NCBI GenBank assembly: GCA_003331605.1
Contig: QOPD01000001.1
Location: forward strand, 147,936 to 211,935
Direction of reading: 5' to 3'
Origin: SAR86 cluster bacterium
GTDB lineage: Bacteria > Pseudomonadota > Gammaproteobacteria > Magnimaribacterales > TMED112
Length of the DNA stretch: 64,000 nt
The position numbers and the translations under genes were made by a program. The notes below the pieces were generated by a model. It saw nothing but the letters and a program-made list of their open reading frames with translations, was not told where the DNA came from and made no database searches. Positions within the stretch are counted from its first letter, which is position 1. Each line of letters starts with the position of its first letter. Positions 35,891 to 45,998 of the stretch are shown here, in pieces.

Positions 35891-38038
35891 TTGTTTGACA
35901 CACTTAGCATTTTTAAAAAACCGCAAACTTCCAAGTTAAGTGAAGAGCTAGATCAATTATCTAAGATTTATCTTAATCCCTTATCAAGTCAAAAAATAAA
36001 GAAAGCTATTGAGTTTGCCGATAGAGCTCATGAGGGACAATTTAGAAAAAGCGGGGAACCATTTTTAACTCACCCAATTAATGTTGGGCTCATACTTGCA
36101 TCTTTAAAAATGGACGCGGATACCATTATTGCTGGATTATTACATGATGTTGTTGAGGACTGTGATATTTCACTATCTAAAGTTCGGCAAGAATTTGGAA
36201 GAAATGTAAGCTTGCTAGTTAATGGAGTTACTAAACTTCTGCAACTGGATGAGAAAATGAAAGGATCAAGCCAGGCAGAAAACTTCCAAAAAATGGCTCT
36301 AGCAACGGCAGAAGATGTCAGGGTGGTAATCATAAAGCTTGCCGATAGGTTGCATAATCTCAAAACCATAGAACACTTACCAAGAGAGAAACAAATAAAA
36401 AAATGTAAAGAAACAATGGAGTTGTATGCACCACTTGCTCATCAGATAGGAATGCATAAGATGGCAACGGAACTCGAGGATATCTCATTTAAAACCATCC
36501 ATCCCATTAGGAATAAATTGATTTTAGATGCACTAAAAAAGAGCGATCTAGATAAAAAGACATTGGTAAGCAAAGTCAAAAATGCACTTAGAAAGAAATT
36601 TAAAGATGCCAATTTAGAAGTAAAGATTACGGGAAGAGAAAAAAGGATATATAGCATTTATAAAAAGATGAAAAAGAAAAAGAGCTTCTCTAATATCTAT
36701 GATGTCTTTGGATTCAGAATCATAGTGCAAAAGGCAGAGGATTGTTACAAAGCTTTAGGCATAGTGCACAATTTATTCACACCAATTACTGGGAGATTTA
36801 AGGATTATATTGCAGTGCCAAAGATGAATGGTTATCAAGCAATACATACAAGTGTGATGACTTTTGATGCCATTCCATTAGAGGTTCAAATTCAAACCGA
36901 TGCCATGGAAACATTCGCAAGCTTTGGAATAGCATCTCATGGGCTCTATAAAACAAATGTTAGCAATGATTTGATTCAAGCAAAGACAAGACAACTAGTG
37001 CAAAGATTAACAGAAGCAAAAAATAGAAGTGCCACTTCATCTGAATTCTTAGAAAATATCAAGTCAGATTTTAAAGGAAAAGAGGTTTACGTTTTTTCAC
37101 CAAATGGAAGAATATATTCTTTGAAAGCTGGAGCAACACCGGTTGATTATGCCTATGCAGTGCACAGCACTTTGGGTAGTTATTGCCTTACATGTGAAAT
37201 AGATAAGAAGCTTTCGCCACTATCAACTGTATTAAAAAGCGGCCAAACAATTGAAATTATAAAAAGTAAGAAAAAGAATGTTAATCCAGATTGGTTAAAT
37301 TTTGTTGTGACTTCAAAAGCAATAACAGAAATAAAAAAAGATTTAAAAAGCATTAAAATCAGCGATGCAAGAGCCTATGGAAAAGGCCTGCTAGAAGAAT
37401 CTTTGCAAGATTCAGGTATTGATCTTAAAGAGTTTCCTAATGAAAGGCTTAAGGAAGTTTTCAATGTGCTAGGTGCAAGATCCCTTAACCAGCTTATGGT
37501 TGATATAGGTTCAGGAAAAAGAACTAGTAATTTTGTTTCAGAGAGTTTTGCCGAAGCATTGCGTGGAAAAAAACGTAATATCTCTAGAGTTGTTACAGAG
37601 CTTAGGGTTGGTTCATCAAAAAAATATGGAGCTATTAAATATCCTGAATGTTGCTATCCAGTCAGTGGAGATCCTAGCTTGGCAGTTCATAATGAGTCAG
37701 GAATAACTATTCACAGGAGTGAATGCCAGAATCTCCAAAGCTTTTTAAATAAGCCGGGCAAGTGCTCCAATGTGCTTTGGGAAAAAGAAGATGGTTCAAA
37801 TTTCCTCACCTCTTTGTTAATCACCATTAAAAACGAACCGGGCGTTTTGGCTGATATTTCAAAACTTATTGCTGGTGCCTCATCAAACATTGAATCAGTC
37901 AGCACAAAAACCCTTGATGAAAACTTTGTTGAGTTAAACATTAAAACATCTGTAAAGGATTTAGATCACCTTGATCTCATTTTTGCAAAGTTAAAAAACA
38001 ATAAAACAGTAACTAAAATATTGAGGCAAACATCTTGA
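35891..38038 (+). CDS. spoT: Bifunctional (p)ppGpp synthetase/hydrolase
   Basis: HEGQFRKSGEPF, HDVVED, KLADRLHN, RFKDYI, NGYQAIHT, TGS and ACT regions; follows gmk-rpoZ. Confidence 0.95.
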   Translation: MFDTLSIFKKPQTSKLSEELDQLSKIYLNPLSSQKIKKAIEFADRAHEGQFRKSGEPFLTHPINVGLILASLKMDADTIIAGLLHDVVEDCDISLSKVRQEFGRNVSLLVNGVTKLLQLDEKMKGSSQAENFQKMALATAEDVRVVIIKLADRLHNLKTIEHLPREKQIKKCKETMELYAPLAHQIGMHKMATELEDISFKTIHPIRNKLILDALKKSDLDKKTLVSKVKNALRKKFKDANLEVKITGREKRIYSIYKKMKKKKSFSNIYDVFGFRIIVQKAEDCYKALGIVHNLFTPITGRFKDYIAVPKMNGYQAIHTSVMTFDAIPLEVQIQTDAMETFASFGIASHGLYKTNVSNDLIQAKTRQLVQRLTEAKNRSATSSEFLENIKSDFKGKEVYVFSPNGRIYSLKAGATPVDYAYAVHSTLGSYCLTCEIDKKLSPLSTVLKSGQTIEIIKSKKKNVNPDWLNFVVTSKAITEIKKDLKSIKISDARAYGKGLLEESLQDSGIDLKEFPNERLKEVFNVLGARSLNQLMVDIGSGKRTSNFVSESFAEALRGKKRNISRVVTELRVGSSKKYGAIKYPECCYPVSGDPSLAVHNESGITIHRSECQNLQSFLNKPGKCSNVLWEKEDGSNFLTSLLITIKNEPGVLADISKLIAGASSNIESVSTKTLDENFVELNIKTSVKDLDHLDLIFAKLKNNKTVTKILRQTS

Positions 38039-38922
38039 ACAAAATTAAAGATATAAGCTCTCTTTCAAGAGAATTGATAGATCAGCTTTTTCAACGAACA
38101 GCACAGATAAAAGAGCAATGGCCAAATCTATCTCTTAATAAGAACAAGACGGTTTGTCTTTTATTTTGGGAACCTAGTACAAGGACAAAATTGTCTTTTG
38201 AGCATGCAGCAAAAAAATTAGGTTTTAAAGTAATTGATTTTTCACCAGAACATTCGTCAATTAAAAAAGGAGAATCGCTACAAGATACCATTAGAACTTT
38301 ATTAGCACTGAAAGTAGACGGCTTTGTGATAAGACATCCCGAAGATAAAATCATCAATAAAATATCAGAGTGGTTACCAGAAGATGTTTTTCTTATCAAT
38401 GCAGGAGACGGTAATCATGCACACCCAACACAGGCTATGTTAGATGTTTATACAATGCAAGAGCACTATCAAGATCTGAAAAATATGGCTTTGACTATTT
38501 TGGGTGACTCGAAACATTCTCGTGTTATTCCTTCAACGATAACACTGCTACAAAAGATGGGCTGTAATGATGTCAGCTTTCTTGGACCAAAGGAACTAAT
38601 AAAGAATGAATTTACGCCTGCATATCATCAAACCAATGACGGATGTTTGGCAAACAAAGATATTCTTTACATCTTAAGAATACAAAGAGAGAGATTTTTA
38701 AAATCTGAATCAGTTAATGAAGATGATTTCATAGCCGACTTTCAGGTTAATAATGAATTCCTAAAAAAGACTGGTTTTGCTGGGAAATTGATGCATCCTG
38801 GCCCAATTAATGTTGGAATGGAAATCGATGAATCTACAGCTGAATCAGAGCAATCAATTATTCTAGAACAGGTTGAAAATGGCTTGTATGTCAGAACTGC
38901 TCTATTAGACCTTATTGCTTAA
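38035..38922 (+). CDS. pyrB: Aspartate carbamoyltransferase catalytic subunit
   Basis: FWEPSTRT, KKGESL, NAGDG.HAHPTQA, GDSKHSRV, RIQRER and MHPGP motifs. Confidence 0.96.
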   Translation: MNKIKDISSLSRELIDQLFQRTAQIKEQWPNLSLNKNKTVCLLFWEPSTRTKLSFEHAAKKLGFKVIDFSPEHSSIKKGESLQDTIRTLLALKVDGFVIRHPEDKIINKISEWLPEDVFLINAGDGNHAHPTQAMLDVYTMQEHYQDLKNMALTILGDSKHSRVIPSTITLLQKMGCNDVSFLGPKELIKNEFTPAYHQTNDGCLANKDILYILRIQRERFLKSESVNEDDFIADFQVNNEFLKKTGFAGKLMHPGPINVGMEIDESTAESEQSIILEQVENGLYVRTALLDLIA

Positions 38923-39513
38923 CATTCGCTCAGTAGTATCTACTATCGTTATGGTATTTTGATCGAGTTCTAGGTTTACTGTGTCACCATAAATTAGATT
39001 ATCAAGATTTGTTGCGCGCAAAGTTTCAGGTATCAAATGTACATAAAATGTATTTTTTATCACTTTACCAATCGTCAAACTACAACCATTTATGGCTATA
39101 TAGCCTTTCTCAAAAATATATTTGCAGCAATCATCTGGTATCTCAAATAGAATATTTTTTGTATCTCCATTTATTTCAACCTCTTTTATGGTACCTAAAG
39201 CTTGCACATGTCCAGAAACTAAATGACCACCAACTTGCTGACCAAATTCCAGAGAGGTTTCTAGATTGATGACAGAGTTCTTATTGTAGTTAGATATTAT
39301 TGTTCTATTTTGAGTTTCATTTACGACATCAAATGAAACATTAACATCAGATATACTAGTTACTGTTAAACATACCCCATCAACAGCAAGGCTATCCCCT
39401 ATAGTTAATTTCTTTGCTATGGGTTGTGGAACTTTTATATTTAAAGTAAGCACAGAGTTGTTTTTATTGATATCAATAATAGTTCCAGCGCCCTGAACGA
39501 TCCCAGTAAACAT
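38905..39513 (-). CDS. ribC: Riboflavin synthase (alpha chain)
   Basis: MFTGIV, GDSLAVDGVCLTV, GGHLVSGHV and KGYIAINGCSLT motifs (named ribE in some organisms). Confidence 0.95.
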   Translation of the reverse strand: MFTGIVQGAGTIIDINKNNSVLTLNIKVPQPIAKKLTIGDSLAVDGVCLTVTSISDVNVSFDVVNETQNRTIISNYNKNSVINLETSLEFGQQVGGHLVSGHVQALGTIKEVEINGDTKNILFEIPDDCCKYIFEKGYIAINGCSLTIGKVIKNTFYVHLIPETLRATNLDNLIYGDTVNLELDQNTITIVDTTERMLSNKV

Positions 39514-40145
39514 TATACTCCTTGGTATATTTCGCGATACTCCTGCATCTTAATCAAATTGGTTTTATCGATGAGAGACTCTGCATTGATTAAATCATCC
39601 AATGATACTATTTGAAAAATTTCTGTACCCTTTTCTCTTAATTCATCGGCTGCCATTTGATCAGAGTCCTGTCCCTTTTCTTGCCTGTTAAGGGTTACAA
39701 GTGCTCCAGCTATATCTACATCAAAAGGAGCTAAATAGTCGCATGCCTCAGTAATAGCTAGTCCTGATGATAGAACATCATCAATAATTAAAACCCTGCC
39801 ATTTGGTGTAGCACCAATTAATGAGCCACCTTCGCCATGATCCTTAACCTCTTTTCTGTTGAAGCATACTGGCATTGAAGATTGTTTGCTTAACTCAGCT
39901 GCAAGCAGTGAACCTAAAAAAATGCCTTTGTAAGCAGGCCCAAAAATCATATCAAATTTAATGTTTAAGTCTTTGGTTTTCAATAAAAGTATTTCTGAAA
40001 GCTCTGAAATATGGCCAAAGCTTAAAAGAGCTGAGGCATTGAAAAAATATGGGCTATTGCGGCCAGATTTTAAGGTAAAGTCACCAAATTGTAGGGCTTT
40101 AGATTCTATAGCCAGTTTAATGAATCTTAGTTGAAAATCTTTCAC
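39513..40145 (-). CDS. pyrE: Orotate phosphoribosyltransferase
   Basis: FGDFTLKSGRNSPYFFN, GPAYKGI, FNRKEVKDHGEGG and IIDDVL motifs. Confidence 0.96.
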   Translation of the reverse strand: MKDFQLRFIKLAIESKALQFGDFTLKSGRNSPYFFNASALLSFGHISELSEILLLKTKDLNIKFDMIFGPAYKGIFLGSLLAAELSKQSSMPVCFNRKEVKDHGEGGSLIGATPNGRVLIIDDVLSSGLAITEACDYLAPFDVDIAGALVTLNRQEKGQDSDQMAADELREKGTEIFQIVSLDDLINAESLIDKTNLIKMQEYREIYQGV

Positions 40146-40855
40146 AGCGATTCTATAGTTTTCTTTTGAAGTTGTATCAAGTCTTTTATGCCTGCCTCTG
40201 CCAGATCAAGCAGAGTATTAAACTCTTTTTTGCTAAAAGCTTTTTCTTCAGCTGTGCCTTGAACCTCGATTAGCTCTAGTTGTTCATTCATTACAATATT
40301 CACATCGGCTTGAGCTTGGCTATCTTCGTGATAGTTCAGGTCGAGAATTAACTCGTTATCAAATGTACCTACGCTTATTGCGGCAACCAAGCTGTTTATT
40401 GCATTCTCTTTTGATATCTTTTTAAGCGCCATGCACAGTGCAACTGTGCCACCAGTTATTGATGCAGTCCTTGTTCCTCCATCGGCTTGAAGAACATCGC
40501 AGTCTACAGTAATTGTATATCCTGTGAGCTGATCAAGGTTTACAACTTGTCTCAGCGATCTACCAATAAGTCTTTGTATTTCTTGTGTACGACCCGATTG
40601 TTTGCCTCTCTGAGCTTCTCTTGCCATGCGTTCGTTTGTTGATCTAGGTAGCATGCCATATTCTGCAGTGATCCATCCTGTTTTTTTGTCCTGCATCCAT
40701 CTGGGCGTTGCCTTTTCAACTGTTGCGTTACATACCACATGAGTGTTGCCAAACTTGATCAAGGCAGATCCCTCAGAGTGAATATTAAATCCAGGAATAA
40801 TACTTACTGCTCTAAGTTGATTATTTTTTCTTTTATCTATTCTTTGTGAACTCAT
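40142..40855 (-). CDS. rph: Ribonuclease PH
   Basis: GWITAEYGMLPRST, SGRTQEIQRLIGRSLR and DCDVLQADGGTRTASITG motifs. Confidence 0.98.
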   Translation of the reverse strand: MSSQRIDKRKNNQLRAVSIIPGFNIHSEGSALIKFGNTHVVCNATVEKATPRWMQDKKTGWITAEYGMLPRSTNERMAREAQRGKQSGRTQEIQRLIGRSLRQVVNLDQLTGYTITVDCDVLQADGGTRTASITGGTVALCMALKKISKENAINSLVAAISVGTFDNELILDLNYHEDSQAQADVNIVMNEQLELIEVQGTAEEKAFSKKEFNTLLDLAEAGIKDLIQLQKKTIESL

Positions 40856-40891
40856 ATTTGCTAGTATTATACATTCAAAGGGGTATTAAAG

Positions 40892-42271
40892 ATGATAAGA
40901 AAATTATTTTTAAGCCTTTTACTCCTTGTTTTATATGGATGTTCTAACGATTCATTTCCATTGATACAAGATGAGGCAGAAGGCTCTGTAACGAAATTTA
41001 GTAATGACACACACGGTACGTATGGTTCCACATATGTTCCACTAAGTTCTGAGAATACTGTGATTAGAAATGCAACAGTATTTGACGGTCTTGGAAACAT
41101 GTACGAAAACTACGATATTCATTTTTCTGACGGAAAAATTAAGGCATTGGGCATGAACTTACAAGTTGATGCTAAAGAGATTGATGGTACTGGGAAGTAT
41201 GTTTCACCAGGAATTATCGATATACATTCACATATGGGCGTCTATCCTGCTCCAGGAGTAAGAACAAGCAGTGATGGTAATGAAGCAACAAGCCCTGTTA
41301 CTGCTGAAGTCTGGGCTGAACACAGTGTATGGTCACAAGACCCACAATACAAGCTAGCACTTGCCGGAGGTATTACAAGCTTCCATGTGTTGCCAGGATC
41401 GGCAAACCTTTTTGGTGGCCGAGGTGTTACTCTAAAGAATGTATCAGCAAATACTGTTACTGCAATGAAATTTCCAGACGCACCGCATACCTTAAAAATG
41501 GCTTGTGGTGAAAATCCAAAAAGAGTTTATAGCTCCAGAGGTCCGTCTACAAGAATGGGAAATGTAGCAGGGTATCGAGATGCTTGGATTGGTGCAGAGA
41601 AATACAAAAAATCTCTCGAAAGAAATCCAAGTTCAAGAAATTTAAGAAACGAAACATTGGTAGGCGTACTTGATGGTGAAATATTGATTCAAAACCACTG
41701 CTATAGAGCAGATGAGATGGCAACAATGATTAATATTTCTAAAGAATTTGATTACAAGATTACAACCTTCCATCATGCGGTGGAGGCATATAAAATTGCA
41801 GACTTACTAGCAGATGAAGGTGTGTGTGCAGCAATGTGGGCTGACTGGTGGGGCTTTAAACATGAAGCTTATGATATGACTATTGCTAATGTGGCAATTG
41901 TAGACCAAGCCAGAGATGGTGCAGGATGTGCTATCGTCCATTCTGATAGTGCCAGCGGTATTCAAAGATTAAATCAGGAAGCTGCAAAGGCACTTGCAGC
42001 TGGAAATAAAGCTGGATTCAATATTTCTGAAGCCAGAGCCATGACTTGGATCACACAAAATCCTGCAAAAGCTGCTGGGATACTTGATCAAACTGGAACT
42101 TTAGAAGCTGGTAAAAATGCTGATATTGTTATTTGGGATGGTAATCCGTTTAGCGTATATACAAAGGCGGAACAGGTGTTTATTGATGGTGCTTTAGCAT
42201 TTGATAAAGCAACGCAATTCATGCCTCATACTGATTTTGATTTAGGTGTTAAAGAGTGGGAGGTAGAATAA
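40892..42271 (+). CDS. Amidohydrolase family lipoprotein with an intact metal site
   Basis: Lipobox LYGC; IIDIHSH, LKMACGENPK, NHCYR, FHHAVE, VHSD and GKNADIVIW motifs. Confidence 0.9.
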   Translation: MIRKLFLSLLLLVLYGCSNDSFPLIQDEAEGSVTKFSNDTHGTYGSTYVPLSSENTVIRNATVFDGLGNMYENYDIHFSDGKIKALGMNLQVDAKEIDGTGKYVSPGIIDIHSHMGVYPAPGVRTSSDGNEATSPVTAEVWAEHSVWSQDPQYKLALAGGITSFHVLPGSANLFGGRGVTLKNVSANTVTAMKFPDAPHTLKMACGENPKRVYSSRGPSTRMGNVAGYRDAWIGAEKYKKSLERNPSSRNLRNETLVGVLDGEILIQNHCYRADEMATMINISKEFDYKITTFHHAVEAYKIADLLADEGVCAAMWADWWGFKHEAYDMTIANVAIVDQARDGAGCAIVHSDSASGIQRLNQEAAKALAAGNKAGFNISEARAMTWITQNPAKAAGILDQTGTLEAGKNADIVIWDGNPFSVYTKAEQVFIDGALAFDKATQFMPHTDFDLGVKEWEVE

Positions 42272-43545
42272 TGAAATATTTTTATTTAATTTTAATTTTA
42301 AGCTTTAGCTATCTATCCCTTGCTGATGCCGAAAATTCAGTTTTAGTTAAAGGTGGAAATGTTTTCTTACCAGACCAAGGGTTTGTTAAAAAAGATTTTT
42401 TAATCGAAGAAGGCAAAATTGTTAGTATTGAAGACCAAATTGATGATGGAGTTACAGGTAAAACGATATATGCTGACGGTAAGTACATTACCCCAGGTCT
42501 TGTTGTTTTTTCTTCACTAGGGTTATTAGAGATTGGGGCTTTAAGTGAAACCAATGATAATTCTTCAGATATTTACAACGCAGGCTTTGATCCTTCAAAA
42601 GCATACAACCCTTTTTCACAAGCGGTGAGCCTTAATAGATCAAAGGGAGTTACATCAACTGTTCATATTCCTGGTGCATCCGGATATTTTTCAGGACTGC
42701 TTGGCCACACTAAAATTAATAACGGTTGGAAGCAGAAGAAACAAGGTCCTCTTGCAGTATTGACAAGTTATGGCCAATCTCGAGGAGATTCAAGAGCTGC
42801 CGAACTTCAATTCATGTCTGACCTTTTCGATTTTGTGCGAAATAGATCCGAAGATAAGGCCAACTATGAAACAGATAATATTCAGTTTTTCTTTGGCACG
42901 CAAAACGATTACCAATTTACAAACAGGGATTTGGTGGCAATAAGAAAACTTCTAAGTAACAAATTGCCTTTGGTTGTCAGGGTCAACAAAGCGACAGATA
43001 TACTTAATGTGATTAAGTTTGCTGATACTGAAGGAATAGAATTAATTCTATGGGAAGCAAATGAGGCACACATGGTCGCAGATGAAATTGCCAAAGCTGG
43101 TGTTCCTGTTGTGCTGGATCCTTTGAATAACATTCCTGGATCTTTTGATTCTCTTAATGCAACTTATGAGAACGTAGCCAGACTAAATGCTGCTGGTGTA
43201 AAAATGGCTTTTTACTACAATCAGGGAGCAGGATCACATAATGCATATCTTGCTACTCAATCTGCCGGGAATGCAGTGGCCATGGGAGTTCCTTACAATG
43301 AAGCTCTAAATGCTATTACCAAAAACCCTGCAGATATTTTTGGTTTAGTGGATGTGGGCCAGGTATCGGTAGGTTTTGAAGGCGACATAGCAATTTGGGA
43401 TGCAGATCCATTGGAACTAACGTCGTTTGTTGAAAAAGTATTAATCGATGGCGTTGAGCAAGATCTGTCAAATAGATATGAAGAATTAACAGACAGATAC
43501 ACTAAAGAAAAAGACCTACCTAACTCGTATAGATCAAGAGAGTAG
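42271..43545 (+). CDS. Amidohydrolase-fold protein lacking the metal ligands
   Basis: GKYITPGL, AITKNPA.IFG and GDIAIWDADP give the fold, but VVFSS replaces DxHxH. Start 42271 is coupled to the upstream stop (TAATG). Confidence 0.85.
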   Translation: MKYFYLILILSFSYLSLADAENSVLVKGGNVFLPDQGFVKKDFLIEEGKIVSIEDQIDDGVTGKTIYADGKYITPGLVVFSSLGLLEIGALSETNDNSSDIYNAGFDPSKAYNPFSQAVSLNRSKGVTSTVHIPGASGYFSGLLGHTKINNGWKQKKQGPLAVLTSYGQSRGDSRAAELQFMSDLFDFVRNRSEDKANYETDNIQFFFGTQNDYQFTNRDLVAIRKLLSNKLPLVVRVNKATDILNVIKFADTEGIELILWEANEAHMVADEIAKAGVPVVLDPLNNIPGSFDSLNATYENVARLNAAGVKMAFYYNQGAGSHNAYLATQSAGNAVAMGVPYNEALNAITKNPADIFGLVDVGQVSVGFEGDIAIWDADPLELTSFVEKVLIDGVEQDLSNRYEELTDRYTKEKDLPNSYRSRE

Positions 43546-43977
43546 TTCTTTAACTGCAGAGCTGGCCTCAGACATTTCGGCATCGGGATGTCTGAGCTTG
43601 ATCTCTTTCATTGCTTGCCCCATGTCTTTCATTTCACTGAGGCCCAAATCTTCAATAATTATCTTTACTGCATCTTTAAGAGCAGCTCCACTTAATGATT
43701 CTGGTAAGTATTGATTAATTAGATCTAGTTCTTTTTGTTCAACTTCTGCTAAATCAGCTCTAGCACCAGCCATGTATTGATCAATGGAATCTTTTCTTTG
43801 TTTTGCCATCCTCTTTAAGATCACAACAATATCTTCCTGAGTTACTTCTACGCGATTATCGACTTCAAATCTTTTGACTTCTGAGGTCACAAGACGCAGG
43901 GTATCTCTAACAAAGACATTTTTAGCAATCATCGCTTGCTTAAGATCATCTTTTATTTGATTGAAAGTATCAGACAA
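43534..43977 (-). CDS. GatB/YqeY domain protein
   Basis: DLKQAMIAK, KQRKDSIDQY, EQKEL..I.QYLP and KDMGQAM motifs; follows rpsU. Confidence 0.93.
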   Translation of the reverse strand: MSDTFNQIKDDLKQAMIAKNVFVRDTLRLVTSEVKRFEVDNRVEVTQEDIVVILKRMAKQRKDSIDQYMAGARADLAEVEQKELDLINQYLPESLSGAALKDAVKIIIEDLGLSEMKDMGQAMKEIKLRHPDAEMSEASSAVKELLS

Positions 43978-43979
43978 AT

Positions 43980-44189
43980 TTATTTGAGTTTGGCAAAAGA
44001 GTCTTTCATCACTCTTTTGTAGTTTCTCTTTACTGCAGCAGCAGCTTTTCTTTTTCTTTCTTCAGTAGGCTTCTCAAAGAATTCTCTTTTTCTTATTTCC
44101 GTGACAATGCCTGCTCTTTCACAAGCTCGTCTGAATTTTCTTAAACCTACATCAAAAGATTCAGTTTCTTTAATTTTTATACTTGGCAT
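43980..44189 (-). CDS. rpsU: 30S ribosomal protein S21
   Basis: [18 protein letters not shown] and [14 protein letters not shown] motifs. Confidence 0.97.
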   Translation of the reverse strand: MPSIKIKETESFDVGLRKFRRACERAGIVTEIRKREFFEKPTEERKRKAAAAVKRNYKRVMKDSFAKLK

Positions 44190-44232
44190 AATGTAAAGTG
44201 TATTTTAAGGATAATTACAAAAGAATCAACAA

Positions 44233-45237
44233 ATGAAAGTTTTAGGCATTGAAAGTTCATGCGACGAGACTGGAGTAGCAGCCTATTGCTCAGAAAAAGG
44301 CCTGCTTGGACATAGAGTTAATTCTCAAATAGATCTATTTACCGAGTACGGTGGTGTGATACCTGAAATTGCAGCTAGAGACCACAGCGTAAAGATAATC
44401 AAACTACTTGAAAAGCTTTTAAGTGAACTAAATCTTTCCCTTGAGAATATAGATTTGATTGCATACACCGTTGGCCCAGGCTTGATAGGTTCACTAATGG
44501 TTGGTGAGACAGTAGCCAAAACAATTGCAAAGACAAAAAATATAGAAATCTTGCCAATACATCACTTAGAAGGACATATTTTAGCACCCGGTCTGGAAGA
44601 TAAAGATGTGCCTCCACCATATTTATGTTTGTTGGTGTCAGGAGGCCATACTCAAATTATAGATTGTAAGTCATATGGTGATTACAAAATTATTGGTGAG
44701 ACAATTGATGATGCGTGTGGGGAAGCATTTGATAAAGTTGGTAAGTTGCTCAATCTTGAATACCCTGGTGGACCAAAAGTTTCAAAATTGGCTGATAGTG
44801 GAGACTCTAGAAGGTTTAAATTTCCAAGAGCTTTAACCAAAGATAGAAATTATAATTTTAGCTTTAGTGGTCTTAAAACTTCTGTACTCTACACAGTGAA
44901 TGATTCAGAGGAGTCAGATTATGCAGATATTGCTGCATCTTTTCAGGAAGCTGTGATTGATGTTTTAGCCAAAAAAGTTACTTGGGCGCTTGAGGAGACT
45001 GGCCATCAAAGACTTATTTGCTCTGGTGGAGTTGCAGCCAACAAAAACCTACGCGAAAGATTGCAGCTATTAAGTGCCGAGAGTAACATCGAAGTTTTGT
45101 ACCCCAGCTTAGAATTTTGCACCGACAATGCTGCAATGATAGCTCATGCTGGATATATTAGAAAAAAATTTAATTTGAGAAACCATCAAACCAACTTTGC
45201 TCGTCCAAGGTGGCCGCTGGGAGAATTTTATGCTTAA
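44233..45237 (+). CDS. tsaD: tRNA N6-threonylcarbamoyladenosine synthase
   Basis: LGIESSCDETG, GPGL, HHLEGH, LLVSGGHT, DDACGEAFDK, SFSGLKT and CTDNAAMI motifs. Confidence 0.98.
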   Translation: MKVLGIESSCDETGVAAYCSEKGLLGHRVNSQIDLFTEYGGVIPEIAARDHSVKIIKLLEKLLSELNLSLENIDLIAYTVGPGLIGSLMVGETVAKTIAKTKNIEILPIHHLEGHILAPGLEDKDVPPPYLCLLVSGGHTQIIDCKSYGDYKIIGETIDDACGEAFDKVGKLLNLEYPGGPKVSKLADSGDSRRFKFPRALTKDRNYNFSFSGLKTSVLYTVNDSEESDYADIAASFQEAVIDVLAKKVTWALEETGHQRLICSGGVAANKNLRERLQLLSAESNIEVLYPSLEFCTDNAAMIAHAGYIRKKFNLRNHQTNFARPRWPLGEFYA

Positions 45238-45601
45238 GGGAGATAAGATTTACGTCGAGGATTTAAGAGTGAAAGCTACTATTGGAATATTTGACTGGGA
45301 AAAGAAAATTAAACAAGAAGTCAGCATTTCTTACGAAATACCCCATGACAATAAAAAAGCTGCAGCAGCAGATGCCATTGAGGCCACAACAGACTATAAA
45401 AGTATCACCAAAGCAATTATTGCGTTTGTTGAAAGCAATAAATTTGAACTTGTAGAAACATTTGCTGAAAGAATTGCAGAGATGGTCATTAAAGATTTCA
45501 ACATCACAGAAATTAGGCTAAGAGTTTCAAAGCCTGGCGCTCTGCGTTATTCCAAAGATGTTGGAGTTATTATCGAAAGAAATAAAAGCTCATATGAATA
45601 A
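45230..45601 (+). CDS. folB: Dihydroneopterin aldolase
   Basis: IGIFDWE, DYK, FELVE and KPGA motifs; start 45230. Confidence 0.92.
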   Translation: MLKGDKIYVEDLRVKATIGIFDWEKKIKQEVSISYEIPHDNKKAAAADAIEATTDYKSITKAIIAFVESNKFELVETFAERIAEMVIKDFNITEIRLRVSKPGALRYSKDVGVIIERNKSSYE

Positions 45602-45998
45602 ATTCTATGTGTTGATAGGTTCAAACATTGACCCACACAACAACATAAACTTATGCTTAGAAAAAATTGCTGCACATTCTGACTTAGAGCAAATCCAGAT
45701 AAGCAGCTTCTATGAATCTGAAGCATTTGGCATGGAAGGTGATAATTTTATAAATGCCGTCATTTATTTGAAAAGTAAAAAAAACCATAAAGAGATTTTA
45801 AGGCTGCTTAAACAAATTGAGCATGAGTGTGGAAGAGTAAGAGACCCTAACAATAAATTTATAGATCGAACACTAGACCTGGATATTATTGATTGGAATG
45901 GTTTTGCAGGCATGCTTGATGATAAGCAATATCCTGATCCGGAAATACAGCAAAGAGATTTTATAAAAATCCCATATTTAGAGTTAAAAGCGACTTAA
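45594..45998 (+). CDS. folK: 2-amino-4-hydroxy-6-hydroxymethyldihydropteridine diphosphokinase
   Basis: IGSNI, SSFYESEA, FINAV, IEHECGRVR and RTLDLDII motifs; start 45594. Confidence 0.92.
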   Translation: MNKFYVLIGSNIDPHNNINLCLEKIAAHSDLEQIQISSFYESEAFGMEGDNFINAVIYLKSKKNHKEILRLLKQIEHECGRVRDPNNKFIDRTLDLDIIDWNGFAGMLDDKQYPDPEIQQRDFIKIPYLELKAT

